A stretch of 64,000 nucleotides of DNA from Mantamonas sphyraenae STR306 (Eukaryota; Protista; CRuMs): positions 186,001 through 250,000 of the forward strand of contig JAPMXV010000029.1 of NCBI GenBank assembly GCA_026936335.1. Reading direction: 5' to 3'. The notes under the pieces were generated by a model that was given only the letters and a program-made list of their open reading frames with translations, ran no database searches and was not told the DNA's origin. A program made the translations under genes and the position numbers. Shown piece by piece: positions 1 through 11,183 of the stretch (its first letter is position 1; each line of letters starts with the position of its first letter).

Positions 1-2
1 TG

Positions 3-2192
3 TTGGAACAGGGCACCCTGGACGAGTCTGGAGGCAAGAACGCAGAGTTCCCTCGCGTGGCAGCCATCAACGCCCTGGCTGCGTTTATCCAGGCCACGGC
101 ACCCACGTTCAAGGAGGACATGGAGTTCCGCACTCAGCTCAATGCCGTGCTGGTGCCTCTGAACCTGAAGCTGTTCTCGGACATGAGCGAGTTGATTGTG
201 CAGGCGTCGCTGCGTACGCTGCAATCGATGGTGGTGGGCTATGGCATCGACCAGCAGACCCACGATGCATTGTATCCGCTGACGGCACCTGTGCTTGTGC
301 TCACCCAATCGCAGATGGACGACGTCAAGTTCACGGCCATCCCTGTGCTGGCAGCCATGCTGGGCAACCTGCAGGCTCACCTGGAGGCTGAGCCGCAGCT
401 GCTGGGTCACATCCTGCACGGTCTGCGTGGTCCGTTTGGTCTGTGTCCAGGGACCAACGACGAGGAGGAGATGCGCGAGAGCGTGTCGCAGGTGCTGCAC
501 ATGCTGGGCGAACTGCGTGTGTTGTGTCAACTGGACTCGTTTGTGGACAGTGTGGCCGACGTGGTGTTGCTTGTGGGACAGGGTCTGTTGCCCGAGGAGA
601 ACAGGGACAACATGATCATCCAGAGCAACTGCCTGGCCCTGCTTCTGCGACTCGTGCGCCATCCTGTCTTTGCCTCCTGGTATGCTGACAGTGCACAGAC
701 ACACCCGCGTGCACACGCCATCGTCCGCCATCTTGTCAACATGATGCTGTGTCTCGTCAGCCACGGCGAGGACTTTGAGTACGAAGTCGACGAGGACCTG
801 CTCAACCCGGAGGTGGAGTTTGAGGGCGGCGAGGACGAGGAGGATGACGATGAGAACGACGACGACGACGACGATGATGAGGATGAGGATGCGTTGGAAG
901 AGGTGCCTCACTCGCAGCTGTACTTTACTCGTCTGGTGGCTGTGGTGAACATCCTGAAGCCGTTGCTGCCCCTTGTGGCGCAAGGCAACGCAGAGGCTGA
1001 GGGCAAGCTGTGGGCCAAGGTGTGGGGTCAACTGGGCAAGGTGCTTGCACTGGAGATGGAGGAGGAGACGGCGATGGCGTACCGTGTGCTGATTGCCTCG
1101 CTGGTGCACCATGACTTTGTTGTGCCCCAAGAGATGGTGGAGCAGGTGGGTGCTGGATCGCCGGCCTACCAGGAGTGGCGTGTCAACCATGCGTTCCAGG
1201 ACGTGGACACCAGTGCCATTGTGGAGCTGAACGACATTGGACGTGACTCGTGCACGCTGGAGCACCATGAGAACGCACAGCTGTACGAGCTGTCACTGGA
1301 GGAGGCAGCCAAGCACGACGAGGGGTCGCCCCTGGGACGAGCGGGCAAGCAGACGGCCATCCGAGTGCTTGCGACGTCAAGGCCCAGCGACAAGGCTCTG
1401 GTGGACCTTGTGGAGGAGGTGGCCACGTTTGTGGATGTGCCGGACAACGATGCCGAGTTTGAACAGGAGGATGATGACATGTACCAATGGCTGCAGTCGT
1501 CGCACAATGTGCACCTGTCTGTGTTCAGTTCGCAGACCGACCTCCTCAGCGTCTTCAAGGTGATCGACCACTTCTTTGAGCACAGCGACGAGGCAGAAGA
1601 GGAGGAGAACCTGGACAAGTGGATGCAGGACATGGGTCTCCTGTCTGCAGATGTGGGTGGGCAGGCAGAAAACGCCCTGGATCAGGACAAGCTCGCCGAG
1701 ATGTGCATCCTGGCACACGTGGCTTCCCAGGGCTACTTTGCCGTGTTTTCCCGCCGTGGCGAGCTGGCTGCCAACCTGGTGGACTTTGTGTCCTCCGCAG
1801 ATATCAAGGCTGTGGACGCCGACTTTTTCGTGTGGGTGTGCAAGGCCCTGCGTGCGCTGCTGGTCAATCTGCCCTCCGAGACGGTGGAGGCGTCGTGGAT
1901 TGACCGCCTGCTCACGCGCTGTGCCGCCAAGGAGTTTATGGACTCGTTCGATGGCCACGCTGTGATCCAGCTGTCCTTTGCTGTGGGTGCGCACCTGGGC
2001 AACGACGACGCGCTGCGGGCACGCTACCTGCAGCTGCTTGCGGATGTGCTTGCGAACGAGAGCATGGGCGAGTGCAAGAAGGAGGTGCACCGCCTGCTCC
2101 AGGATGTCTGCCAGGGTCTGGAGCCGCTTGTGCTGCCCAATGCCACGGCAGTGGACGAAAAGGTCCACAACGAACAGTTTGTGGAGTCGTGA
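3..2192 (+). CDS. HEAT/ARM-repeat alpha-solenoid protein (importin-beta-like?), 5' partial
   Basis: 729-aa open frame from the window edge, with Leu-rich helical repeats (RVAAINALAAFIQ, VQASLRTLQSMV, VKFTAIPVLAAML) and an acidic loop. The family assignment is tentative. Confidence 0.55.
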   Translation: MEQGTLDESGGKNAEFPRVAAINALAAFIQATAPTFKEDMEFRTQLNAVLVPLNLKLFSDMSELIVQASLRTLQSMVVGYGIDQQTHDALYPLTAPVLVLTQSQMDDVKFTAIPVLAAMLGNLQAHLEAEPQLLGHILHGLRGPFGLCPGTNDEEEMRESVSQVLHMLGELRVLCQLDSFVDSVADVVLLVGQGLLPEENRDNMIIQSNCLALLLRLVRHPVFASWYADSAQTHPRAHAIVRHLVNMMLCLVSHGEDFEYEVDEDLLNPEVEFEGGEDEEDDDENDDDDDDDEDEDALEEVPHSQLYFTRLVAVVNILKPLLPLVAQGNAEAEGKLWAKVWGQLGKVLALEMEEETAMAYRVLIASLVHHDFVVPQEMVEQVGAGSPAYQEWRVNHAFQDVDTSAIVELNDIGRDSCTLEHHENAQLYELSLEEAAKHDEGSPLGRAGKQTAIRVLATSRPSDKALVDLVEEVATFVDVPDNDAEFEQEDDDMYQWLQSSHNVHLSVFSSQTDLLSVFKVIDHFFEHSDEAEEEENLDKWMQDMGLLSADVGGQAENALDQDKLAEMCILAHVASQGYFAVFSRRGELAANLVDFVSSADIKAVDADFFVWVCKALRALLVNLPSETVEASWIDRLLTRCAAKEFMDSFDGHAVIQLSFAVGAHLGNDDALRARYLQLLADVLANESMGECKKEVHRLLQDVCQGLEPLVLPNATAVDEKVHNEQFVES

Positions 2193-2213
2193 GGAGAATG
2201 GGTCTCGAATAGA

Positions 2214-2291
2214 AGTGGAAATTTTGATTCATTACGAATTGTGTGGTTTGATGACTGTGATTTGATTTGACCATGAATCAAAATTTTCACT
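2214..2291. repeat. 19-bp inverted repeat (hairpin) between convergent genes
   Basis: AGTGGAAATTTTGATTCAT (2214-2232) pairs with ATGAATCAAAATTTTCACT (2273-2291): 18 Watson-Crick pairs plus one G-U on the + strand, 40-nt loop. Confidence 0.85.
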
Positions 2292-2367
2292 GTAGTTGCG
2301 CCAGTTGTCTTTTGCGCATTCCTGCCCGTGTTGATCGTGTGCAGAAATGAAATGCGCATACTCATAC

Positions 2368-3690
2368 TCATCCAGACAGCGATTCCGGTGCACAGACGGC
2401 GCGAAAGAGGACAAAGTCGTCTGAATCCTGGTCGACGGAGATGCCGATGGAGGCGTTGGCCGGGACAAAGAGAACGGAGCCCGTGTGGAGAGCGAGGTCG
2501 CCTGCAGCGAGACCCGAGGCAGCGGCAGTGCCTGAGAGAACGAGGAAGATACTGGGACCATTGAGGGCCGGGGTGGAGTAGGAAGAGGTGGCGGCAGGGA
2601 GGACTGTGCGGGAGACGGCAAACTCGTCGATGGGTGGGTCGTAGAGTTGAGTGAAATCGTCGAGTTGAGTGGGTTGGAGGACTTGCTGGTCTGCGGGGCC
2701 AAACTCGTAGGTGAGCATGCTGAGGAGGGTGTCTTTGTCCTTGAGCTTGGGGGTCAGGCCAGCGCGAACGACATTGTCGGAGCAGGCCATGCACTCGACT
2801 ATGTCGCCATTGAGGTAGGCGTGAGGCACATTGGGGCCCATGAAAAAGGCCTGGCCAGGCTGGAGGTCGATGAGATTGAGGAGGTAGAGGACAAAGCAGC
2901 CCGAGTCGCCAGGAAAGTCGATGCTGAGGGTTTGAAAGTGGACCAGACGCTCATCTGGGGAAGATTCATCCTCCTGCTGCTGCTCCTCCTTGAGTTGGAC
3001 CAGGTGGGATTCGATGCACTGGGCCACGGTGTCCTGGTCGGCGTCGACAAGGGCAGCGAGGGCATCCTTGAGGACGGGTTTGCACTGGTCGGGATTGTCC
3101 TCGTCACACTGTTCGAGAGCAGCAACGACGTGGTCGCCAAGGAGAGAGGCCAAAGCCGGATACTTGCGAGCAGAGGCAGCAATGGCAGACGGGGCACGGA
3201 AGCCACAGAGGGCCGAGAACTCGGTGACGGCGACGGCCATCTCAGGCTTGTGGTTGCCATCCTTGTACACCTTTGGGTTGGATTGGTGGAGGGATTGGGC
3301 CAACTGTTTGTCTGGATGGGCCTGGATGCTGAGGGCACGTCCAATGGACAGCACCTTGAAGAGGAAGGCCAGGGAGTGTTCGTAGCCTGAGGGCTGCGCA
3401 GAGCCCAACCAGGCCTGGGGCTGCTGGCCAATGGTCTCCTCCAACGACACACCGGAATCGACGGGGAGGCCATTGGAGTCGACGGTCAGGAGGTGGGACG
3501 GTCCATTGGGATGGGTGCCCATCCAGAACTCGGAGTAGGGCTCAAAGGGATTCAGGGTGAACCCCGGGATGTTCTCTGCCGCCAGGGCGGCCACCGTGGA
3601 CTCCTGTCCCAGTTTGCCCCATGCGTAATTGTTGGCATGACACACCAGAGGCACTGTGCTCACATTGCTCTTGCTATCCGTGCTGCTCAT
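2368..3690 (-). CDS. MPI: Mannose-6-phosphate isomerase, class I
   Basis: Motifs YAWGKLG, PYSEFWMGTHPNGPS, FLFKVLS..ALSIQAHPDK, YKDGNHKPEM, PHAYLNGDIVECMACSDNVVRAGLTPK. Intronless, 440 aa. Confidence 0.97.
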   Translation of the reverse strand: MSSTDSKSNVSTVPLVCHANNYAWGKLGQESTVAALAAENIPGFTLNPFEPYSEFWMGTHPNGPSHLLTVDSNGLPVDSGVSLEETIGQQPQAWLGSAQPSGYEHSLAFLFKVLSIGRALSIQAHPDKQLAQSLHQSNPKVYKDGNHKPEMAVAVTEFSALCGFRAPSAIAASARKYPALASLLGDHVVAALEQCDEDNPDQCKPVLKDALAALVDADQDTVAQCIESHLVQLKEEQQQEDESSPDERLVHFQTLSIDFPGDSGCFVLYLLNLIDLQPGQAFFMGPNVPHAYLNGDIVECMACSDNVVRAGLTPKLKDKDTLLSMLTYEFGPADQQVLQPTQLDDFTQLYDPPIDEFAVSRTVLPAATSSYSTPALNGPSIFLVLSGTAAASGLAAGDLALHTGSVLFVPANASIGISVDQDSDDFVLFRAVCAPESLSG

Positions 3691-3953
3691 GTCTGTCCTG
3701 CGACCGTTTTTGCCAAAATTGGCGCGGACGACGCATCGGCGTCCCCTCTCTCGTCCGCTCTCTCCGGAGACGAGAGAGAGAGGGAGAGAGAGAGAGACGG
3801 TAGCTATGGTGGGTGGGAATCGTGGGTGGTGGTAGCGTGTGTATGTGTGTGCATGTGCATGTTGTGTATGTGTGTGTGTGTGTGGGGGGGGGTGTGGGCC
3901 CTGGCGGGGGCACTGCTTTCACGTCCTTCTCCGTTTTTTTGTTTGGGCAGACC

Positions 3954-6202
3954 ATGAGTGCACATGGGACGGTAGTGGATGCCAACGAGGCAGCAATGAC
4001 GCTGGAATTGCACCTGTTTGGGGATGGATATACGGGAGGCAACGGAGAGGCACCCAAGCGAGGGGAGGCGTGGAAGAGCGGGGCATGCGCGCAGAGCGGG
4101 TTCAGCAGCACGTACAGCAGCCCAGCCCTGGAGGGTGTCCAATGGCCCAAAGACAACGGACAGACCCTGGTTGTGGTCGGTCGTCTGGTGGACCCCTCAT
4201 CCATCTCCACCTCCACATCATCATCATCATCAGCAGCATCATCAGCAGCAGCAGCATCAGCATCGTCGTCCTCTGCTGGCAACAGCAGCAGCAGCAACAA
4301 CAAGGCTGACGACGACGATTCCAACAAGCCGGACAACAAGGAGAACAGCAACGACGACGACGACGACGATGTGTCCACGGGTGCTTCCCAGGGCTCGGTG
4401 GTGTTTGTGGCCCAGCTGGACTATGGCACAACCAAGGCCAGCGTGGAGTTTGCCTCGGACAACGGTTTGATGGAGCTCCCGGGAAAGCAGCTGGGCCACG
4501 AATGGGACGCCTACGCTGGCAGCGTGTCCTTTACGGCTTCCGTGGACAACGAGGGTGCAGACAACGAGTGCATGCGTCTCTCGGACCTGCGTCTCCAGTT
4601 TGACATGCCCTCCCAGCTGTTGCAGGGTCCCGTTCTGGTGCTGGAAAACGTCATGGAGGTCACCGACCTGACCCAGCTTGTCCTCACCGCCCTGGGCTTC
4701 CAGATCGACCCGGAATTCGTAAGTGCATTCCACTCCAGCATGCCCTGTGTGTGGTTCATCACCCAGTCCTTGTGACTTTTCATCCATGCATGTGTGTGTC
4801 GTTGCATGTGGGCCCCGGTGCGTTGCAAGGGCGCCCTCTCTGCTTTTTTTCAGCCTCCTCTCTCTCGTTCTCTCTCCCTCTCTGTGTCTGCTCGCTCTCC
4901 ACACACACACACACCATGCACACATGTGGACAAGGAGAGGATGGATGACGACAGGCAGGAGAGGGGGGAAGAATGCATGTGCAGAGCAACAGGGTGGGGG
5001 GTGGGGAGGGAGGGAGCGAGAGGAGGGCCGAAGATATGGACGCTGGGGATTCTGACACCGAAACGGGGAACGGGGGGGGGGGGAAACCAACGCACACCGT
5101 CATGGACACACAGCGTAACGGTACGGAAATCCTGGACGAAGTGGACGATGAGGAACAGCTGGATGGGTGGTTGGATTCGATGTTTGAGGACGATGAGGTG
5201 ATGAGGAAGGAGCTGTACGTGGTGTTGGAGGCGCTGTGCTACCTGGCGAAGCGCAACGGAGAGGAAGGAGTGGAACCGGCAGCCATGCCACCGTTGGTGC
5301 GTGGACTGGTGGCCAACACCAAACGCTTTGCCGACAAGTTGCTGGATGGCACGGGAGCGGAGTACACACTGAGCTTCGGGGTGGTGAAACCAGCCTTGGG
5401 TTCCCTGAAGCTTGGGTTTGTGGCATACTTTCTGCTGCTGTTGCGTACGGGCTACCCGGACGTGGAGGCACGCTTCATGGAACAGAAACTGGGTGAATCG
5501 CTGCTGGGGTTGTTCCAACGCTACCCGTGGAACAACACCCTGCACACGGTGTTTGAACAGATTGTGTACGCCCTTCTGCAGGGCTCAGCCATGCTCTCGG
5601 CCTACGCCCTGGACAGCGACCGCATGGCCCTGGCAGACACCCTGGCGTCGCTGTACGCAAAGGCGGAGGAGGAGAAGGAAATCACAGGCAAGAAAATCGT
5701 CACCGGATGGATGGGCCACGTGTGTAGGATGGCCAATGCGGTGGTGGTGGCCAGCAAGAAACAGCCCCACCTGGCACCACTGCGCACAGGAGGAGGCAAC
5801 GAGGCGTGGAATGCGTTTGTGCAGGGAGGGTTGGCAGAGATGAACGCACGCAACCAAACCATGCTGGGAGGCGTGGTGCCACCCACGCAGCTGCTGTACG
5901 ACGATTCCAGCAGTGAGGATGAGGTGTCACTGGCCGATCTGGTGGCAGCCATGAACTCCAAGGCCAATGCAGACGACGACGACAGCGGGCCCATCATCAT
6001 CTCCGACGACTTTGAGGACGACGAGGACGAGGACGAGGATGAGGATGAGGACGAGGATGACCTCGACCAGCCCAACATCCCCGTGCCCCAGCTTCTTTCC
6101 CAGGGCGTGGTGGTTGAAAAGGTGATCATCTCCGACGAGGATGACTTTGGCGATGACGAGGAAGAGGAGGAGGATGAGGATGAAGATGAGGGCGAGGATT
6201 GA
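3954..6202 (+). CDS. SAPS (SIT4/PP6-associated)-like protein with an unrecognised N-terminal domain; exons 3954-4718 and 5114-6202
   Basis: Exon 2 has LGSLKL...FQRYPWNNTLHTVFEQIV...GWMGHVCRMAN...WNAFV, typical of the SAPS C-terminal half. GTAAGT donor at 4719, CTGAC at about 5052 and CAG at 5113 give a phase-0 join. Joining the two exons is inferred. Confidence 0.65.
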
Positions 6203-6276
6203 TTGTTAAGGGAAGGTGGGGGATAGGGGAGGAAGAGAGTGGAGAACCATCTGTGACATTGAACATAGGCGTAGAG

Positions 6277-7687
6277 CTAGCGTTTACCGGGCACCACATT
6301 CCAACCCAACAGGCGACTGACGTCGTCCAACCATGCACCTGTGCCATCCCCATGGCCCTTGATAACTGTGGGAAGCGGGTGTTTGCTCATGCGCACTCGG
6401 ATGTAGCCAGCAGAGACGGATTCGTTGCCAAACAGGACGGTGGCAGGTGGAGGGAGGGCCATGTCCACCTGATCCTCGTGACCAAACAGTGCCTCCTCGC
6501 CATCGTTGCCATCCAGAACAATGGGCGAGGAGAGGGAAGAGGCAGACGGACTGGGTGGCTCAGAATCGCCATGGGTATACTCCTCCCAGTCGGCCTGGAC
6601 GTTGCTCATGTTGGCAACGCGTTTGCCATCGACAAGGACCTCGACGTCGCTGCGTGAGGCTGTGTCGAGCTGGAGTTCAAAGTGGGTGGTGGATGGGAGG
6701 ATGGTGGGCACGGAACTCAGGGAATGGGCGGCAATGTAGTTGAGGACGACGCCGTGGGTGGACGGGTGCACCAGCGGCCCTCCGCAGCTGAGGGAGTAGG
6801 CTGTGCTGCCTGTGCTGGTGGCCACAATGAGGCCGTCGCCTTTGAAGTTGGTGCGATAGCCCTTGTTGAATGTACAGTGCAGCTGGGCAAGGTAGGGTGA
6901 GGAGCCACGGTGGAAGACAACCTCGTTCAAGGCAAGGTGGCTGTGCACCTTGTCTCCTTGCTCGTTGTGGATGCTGCAGCGCAGACGTGCTCGCGGGTGG
7001 AACCAGAACGGTTTCGTCATGATGTCATGCACCAGGTGCACTTCGTTGTTCAAGTCAAAGGGCATCAGGAAGCCCAACTTGCCCCGATTGAACCCCAACA
7101 CCGGCGGCGCCTCTTCCGGAAACAGCGACGACACGTGCAACAGCGTCCCATCTCCTCCCAACACCACCACCAGGTCCACCACCTCTTGCAGCAGTTGCTC
7201 TTGTTCTGTGAAAGCAAAGACACCGGGCAGGGGGGCGGGGGGTGAGTAATCAACCCACCACGGCACTGTCCGCAATCAAGACTGGAGTCAAAAGCGTACC
7301 AGGGAGATAGGTGGGCAGTTTGTGCTGGAGCATGTGTGCACTGGGTTCGGACAACACAGTGCTGCCGTACTCCTGTTCGATCATGTCTGCTATTTGCAGG
7401 GCCATGCCGTGGAGATTCTGTGTGGTCTTGCCAATGCGTGCACGTGCCCCCTTGCCACTTCCTGCAGGGTTGCGCACAACCATGAGCACATTGCGTGGCA
7501 CAGCGCCGTCGTCAAAGCTCCACCGGTTCCAATTGCGTGTGGTGCGCAACCCCATGGCTCCTTCCCACAACGGACCCGCCGCCTCCTCCCCTTCCCCGTG
7601 GTCTGCATGCAGACTGAACGGCAGCCGTGGCTCCAGGGTGTTTAGATTCAGCACACGTGCCCCTTTCAACGGGTTCCTGTGGAACAT
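6277..7687 (-). CDS. NAD(+)/NADH kinase; intron 7206-7299; start uncertain
   Basis: Motifs LGGDGTLL, GKLGFL, ALNEVV, GDGLIVATSTGSTAYSLSCGG. A GTACGC...CAG intron joins TYLP|EQEQLL in frame. Confidence 0.9.
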
Positions 7688-7969
7688 GCGTCTGTGGTGG
7701 CGAGGCTGCGACGAGGATGGTTTGCTCGAATTAGGGCGCCCCCACTGTGTGTGTGTGCAAGGCAAGCCCAGACGGGTTGGCAGACGGTGCTGCGTGTCCA
7801 ATCTCCACTGATCATGGCGATGGGCAAATGCGTACGATGCAGTCGCGTGTGGTGGAGTCGACGGAGGGCTTCGGAGCCCGGCGCGGCGGATCCGCCACCC
7901 AATCCCGTAAAACCCTCCGATCGGGATTCTAAAACGCACACGACAAACGACGCACACACACAGTACAGG

Positions 7970-9199
7970 ATGTCGACGAGCAGCAGCAGCAGCAGCAGTA
8001 GCAAGGGGAGCGAGGATAACGGGAGCGGAGGCAAGGTGAACGTGCAGATCCCGTGGTACGTGTCGTACCTGGATCGCAATGTGTTTCCTGATTTCATCCT
8101 GCGGGGCCAGACGCGGCAGCAGCTGGCGCAGCGGCTGAGTGAGGAGCAGGAGAAGGACTGCGAATCGCAACGCAACAAGCTGCGTGAGATGATCCGCAAG
8201 CTGAAGAGCTTCGATCAGATCGCCGTGCTGACGGCACAGGCGAACGAGCAGCACTATGAGGTGCCGACCGAGTTTTTCAAGTACGTGATGGGCGACGTGA
8301 TGAAGTACTCGTGCTGCTACTTTGAGGACGGGGTCACGGACCTGACCACGGCGGAGAAGGCCATGATCGAGTTGTACTGCGAACGGGCACAACTGGAGGA
8401 CGGGCAGGAGGTGCTGGATGTGGGCTGCGGCTGGGGCTCGTTCACGCTGTACGCGGCGGCCAAGTATCCCAACTCGAAGTTTACGTGTGTGAGCAACAGC
8501 AACACGCAGCGTGAGTTTATCCAGGCGGCTGCAGAGGAGCGTGGTCTGGACAACGTGACGCCGTTGACGTGTGACATCAACGAGTTTGCGCTGGAGCAAC
8601 AGTTTGACCGCATGGTGAGCATCGAAATGTTTGAGCACATGAAGAACTATGAGATGCTGCTGGCCAAGCTGGCGGGCATGTTGAAGGACGATGGCAAGCT
8701 GTTTGTGCACATCTTTACGCACGCCAAGTACTGCTACACGTTTGACAGCTCGTTCGACGCCCTGCTGGACGCACAGGATGGCACGGAGCCCGAGAACAAG
8801 GAGATTGAGTACAGTTGGATGGCAGAGAACTTCTTTGCCGGTGGCATCATGCCCTCGGACGATTTGTTGCTGCACTTTCAGAAGGACCTGTATGTGGTGG
8901 ACCACTGGAACGTCAACGGCATGCACTACAGCAAGACGGCCGAGTGCTGGCTGGCCAACATGGACGCCCACAAGTCCGAGATCATGCCTCTGTTCCGCGA
9001 GGCGTACCGTCCGCGTGTGCAGGACGAGAACGGCGAGTGGCAGATTGACGAGTCGGTGAGCGATGCAGAGTTGGACGCCATTGCCCTCAAGTGGTGGGTC
9101 AACTGGCGCTTGTTTTTCATTGTCACCAGCGAGTCGTGGAAGTACGGCAAGGGTGAGGAGTGGATTGTGTCGCACTACCTGTGGGAGAAGCGTGTGTGA
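7970..9199 (+). CDS. SAM-dependent methyltransferase, coclaurine N-methyltransferase / cyclopropane-fatty-acid-synthase family
   Basis: Motifs ANEQHYEVPTEFF, MKYSCCYF, VLDVGCGWGS, FDRMVSIEMFEHMKNY, FFAGGIMPS, NGMHYSKTAECWL. Confidence 0.92.
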   Translation: MSTSSSSSSSSKGSEDNGSGGKVNVQIPWYVSYLDRNVFPDFILRGQTRQQLAQRLSEEQEKDCESQRNKLREMIRKLKSFDQIAVLTAQANEQHYEVPTEFFKYVMGDVMKYSCCYFEDGVTDLTTAEKAMIELYCERAQLEDGQEVLDVGCGWGSFTLYAAAKYPNSKFTCVSNSNTQREFIQAAAEERGLDNVTPLTCDINEFALEQQFDRMVSIEMFEHMKNYEMLLAKLAGMLKDDGKLFVHIFTHAKYCYTFDSSFDALLDAQDGTEPENKEIEYSWMAENFFAGGIMPSDDLLLHFQKDLYVVDHWNVNGMHYSKTAECWLANMDAHKSEIMPLFREAYRPRVQDENGEWQIDESVSDAELDAIALKWWVNWRLFFIVTSESWKYGKGEEWIVSHYLWEKRV

Positions 9200-9438
9200 A
9201 GCACGGGCGAGGGCAAGGGGGTTGCCCATCACGAGGCGGCAACTCGAGTAGGAGGAGGTGTGGGTTGGAGAGAGCATGAATGCACCAACTGATCACCATC
9301 CTTGGAGGGAGAGGGAAGAACGGCGGCGGGGTGTGTCCTTGTTGGTGTCCACGTTGCGTCCTGACTCTGTGCTTGGCCATGGCATGGAAAAGTCATTGGA
9401 GAGGGCATGGGTGTGGTCCTGTCCTGTCCATCTCATCC

Positions 9439-9711
9439 TCATCCCACACGCAGGATATCCTTGAAGCGAAACTCCACCTTCTTCACCGGCACACACTGCG
9501 CCACAGAATGCCCATGCAGCCTATTTACAAGTGAGGTCATGTCCGCAGAAGGCATTGTCACCGAAGGAGCCTGTTCCACGCTGGGTTCAGACGATGGGGA
9601 AGCTGCACTGGACGACGAGAGGGAGAAGCGAACAGGCGCTTGCAACGCAGCCACATCCAGGGCCAGCTCACCGTCACTCAGCGTGTGCACGAGGTCTGCC
9701 AACGCTTGCAT
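9439..9711 (-). CDS. Possible small hypothetical protein (90 aa)
   Basis: ACCATG start context and coding-like codon use (CTG/GTG/GCC) in the longest otherwise empty gap. No recognisable motif. Confidence 0.25.
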   Translation of the reverse strand: MQALADLVHTLSDGELALDVAALQAPVRFSLSSSSAASPSSEPSVEQAPSVTMPSADMTSLVNRLHGHSVAQCVPVKKVEFRFKDILRVG

Positions 9712-9916
9712 GGTATGAACCAGGAGAGGGTGTCGTGCGAGAGTAGATGCGAGGATGTCGTGACGCCGGGGTTGGATGCACCGGCGGAAGCAAGTCAAAC
9801 TCGAGTATTGTCTCCACAACCTCCTTCCTTCTCCCCCACCCCACCCCCACCAAGACTAACACACTCCTTTCCTTAGCCAACCCAACCCCACACCAACCAC
9901 CAACCAACCCTGCGAA

Positions 9917-11060
9917 ATGTCGTCGATCAGCAAAGAAGCAGACATCCCGAAGCTGTTGGAGCAGATCCGAGGCCGTCTCAAGGCACGCGGAGCACACGGC
10001 ATCCGCGGCATGGGACGCGCATTCCGGTGAGTGACGCACACTGAGCACAGCGTGCATGGATACACAGACACACAGAGAGGCACACAACACGCCAGAGACA
10101 TACGCTCTGCTTGTCAGCACACGTGTGTGGGACAGGCGTGCGGAAAGAGAGGACGGTTGAAGCAAACGGGAGGAAAAGCTGACACGGAAACACGGCAGCA
10201 TTGTGGACGAGGATGGCAACCACAACCTCAACCGCATGGAATTTTCCATTGCACTCACAGAGATGGGTCTGTCTGTCAACAAGGCGGTGAGTGCATGACC
10301 CCGTGGCGCGGCCCAGGGGCAACCCATTTGCCAGAGAGACGTTGGCCAATCGTTGTCCTTCCGACGACCCAAGCACGCCCCGCAGCCACACACAAGCACA
10401 CAACACGTCGCCATTTCCCCTCCCACAGCCACACACTCACACCACGGATGCTATCGGCTATGCATTTGTACCCCGTGCAGGAACTCATTGCCCTGATGGA
10501 GCACTTTGATGTCAACGGTACGTTTGTTGTGGGGTGTGCCCACACTGCAAAAGCAGGCAAACATTGCTCGGATGGCAATCACCGCTCACACACCCTCCTT
10601 CTCCATGTTGGCCTGTGACTTTGCCCTCGATGTGCACACTTTGCCCACAGGCGATGGCAACATCTCGTTTGACGAGTTTCTGGAGGGCGTGCGTGGACCC
10701 ATCAACGACATGCGACTGAAGTATGTGGAACGTGCGTTTGCCAAGATGGACAAGGATGGATCGGGCGAGATCACCATTGAGGACCTGGAGGGCACGTACG
10801 ACGCAAGCATGCACCCGGAGGTGCTGGAGGGCGAAAAGACGGAGGAGGAAGTGCTGCAGGAGTTCATGTACACCTTTGAGGGCATCCACGGCAACCGGGA
10901 CGACAAGGTGACCAAGGACGAGTTTGTGCAGTACTACACCTCCATCAGTGCCTCCATCGACAACGACGAGTACTTTGGTTTGATGATGACCAACGCCTGG
11001 GATCTCGACGGCGAGATGGCTCGCATCAACGCCATGGAGGCCAAGCGCATCGACATGTGA
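9917..11060 (+). CDS. CAPSL: Calcyphosin-like EF-hand protein; introns 10027-10198, 10287-10480, 10518-10650
   Basis: Spliced product has LKARGAHGIRGMGRAFRIVDEDGN...FDVNGDGNISFDEFL...AFAKMDKDGSGEIT...YDASMHP...FVQYYTSISASIDNDEYF..MMTNAW. All three introns are GT-AG and in phase. Confidence 0.9.
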
Positions 11061-11183
11061 TCACACGCGCACACACACACACACACAGATACACACAGAC
11101 TCAATCAATCAATCAACCAATCACACACACACACACATTTGAACAACAACAACAAAGAAAGGTCCCTCCTTCCTCATCCATTT

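Noticed and set aside
3770-3895. (GA)n, (TG)n and (CA)n tracts here and elsewhere as CRISPR or telomeric arrays
   Set aside because: Simple microsatellites with no repeat-spacer structure and no fixed telomeric unit.
3930-3956. CAG just before several ATGs as spliced-leader trans-splice acceptors
   Set aside because: Present at a few starts (3954, 7970, 28133) but absent at many others (9917, 33336, 53523), so not consistent.
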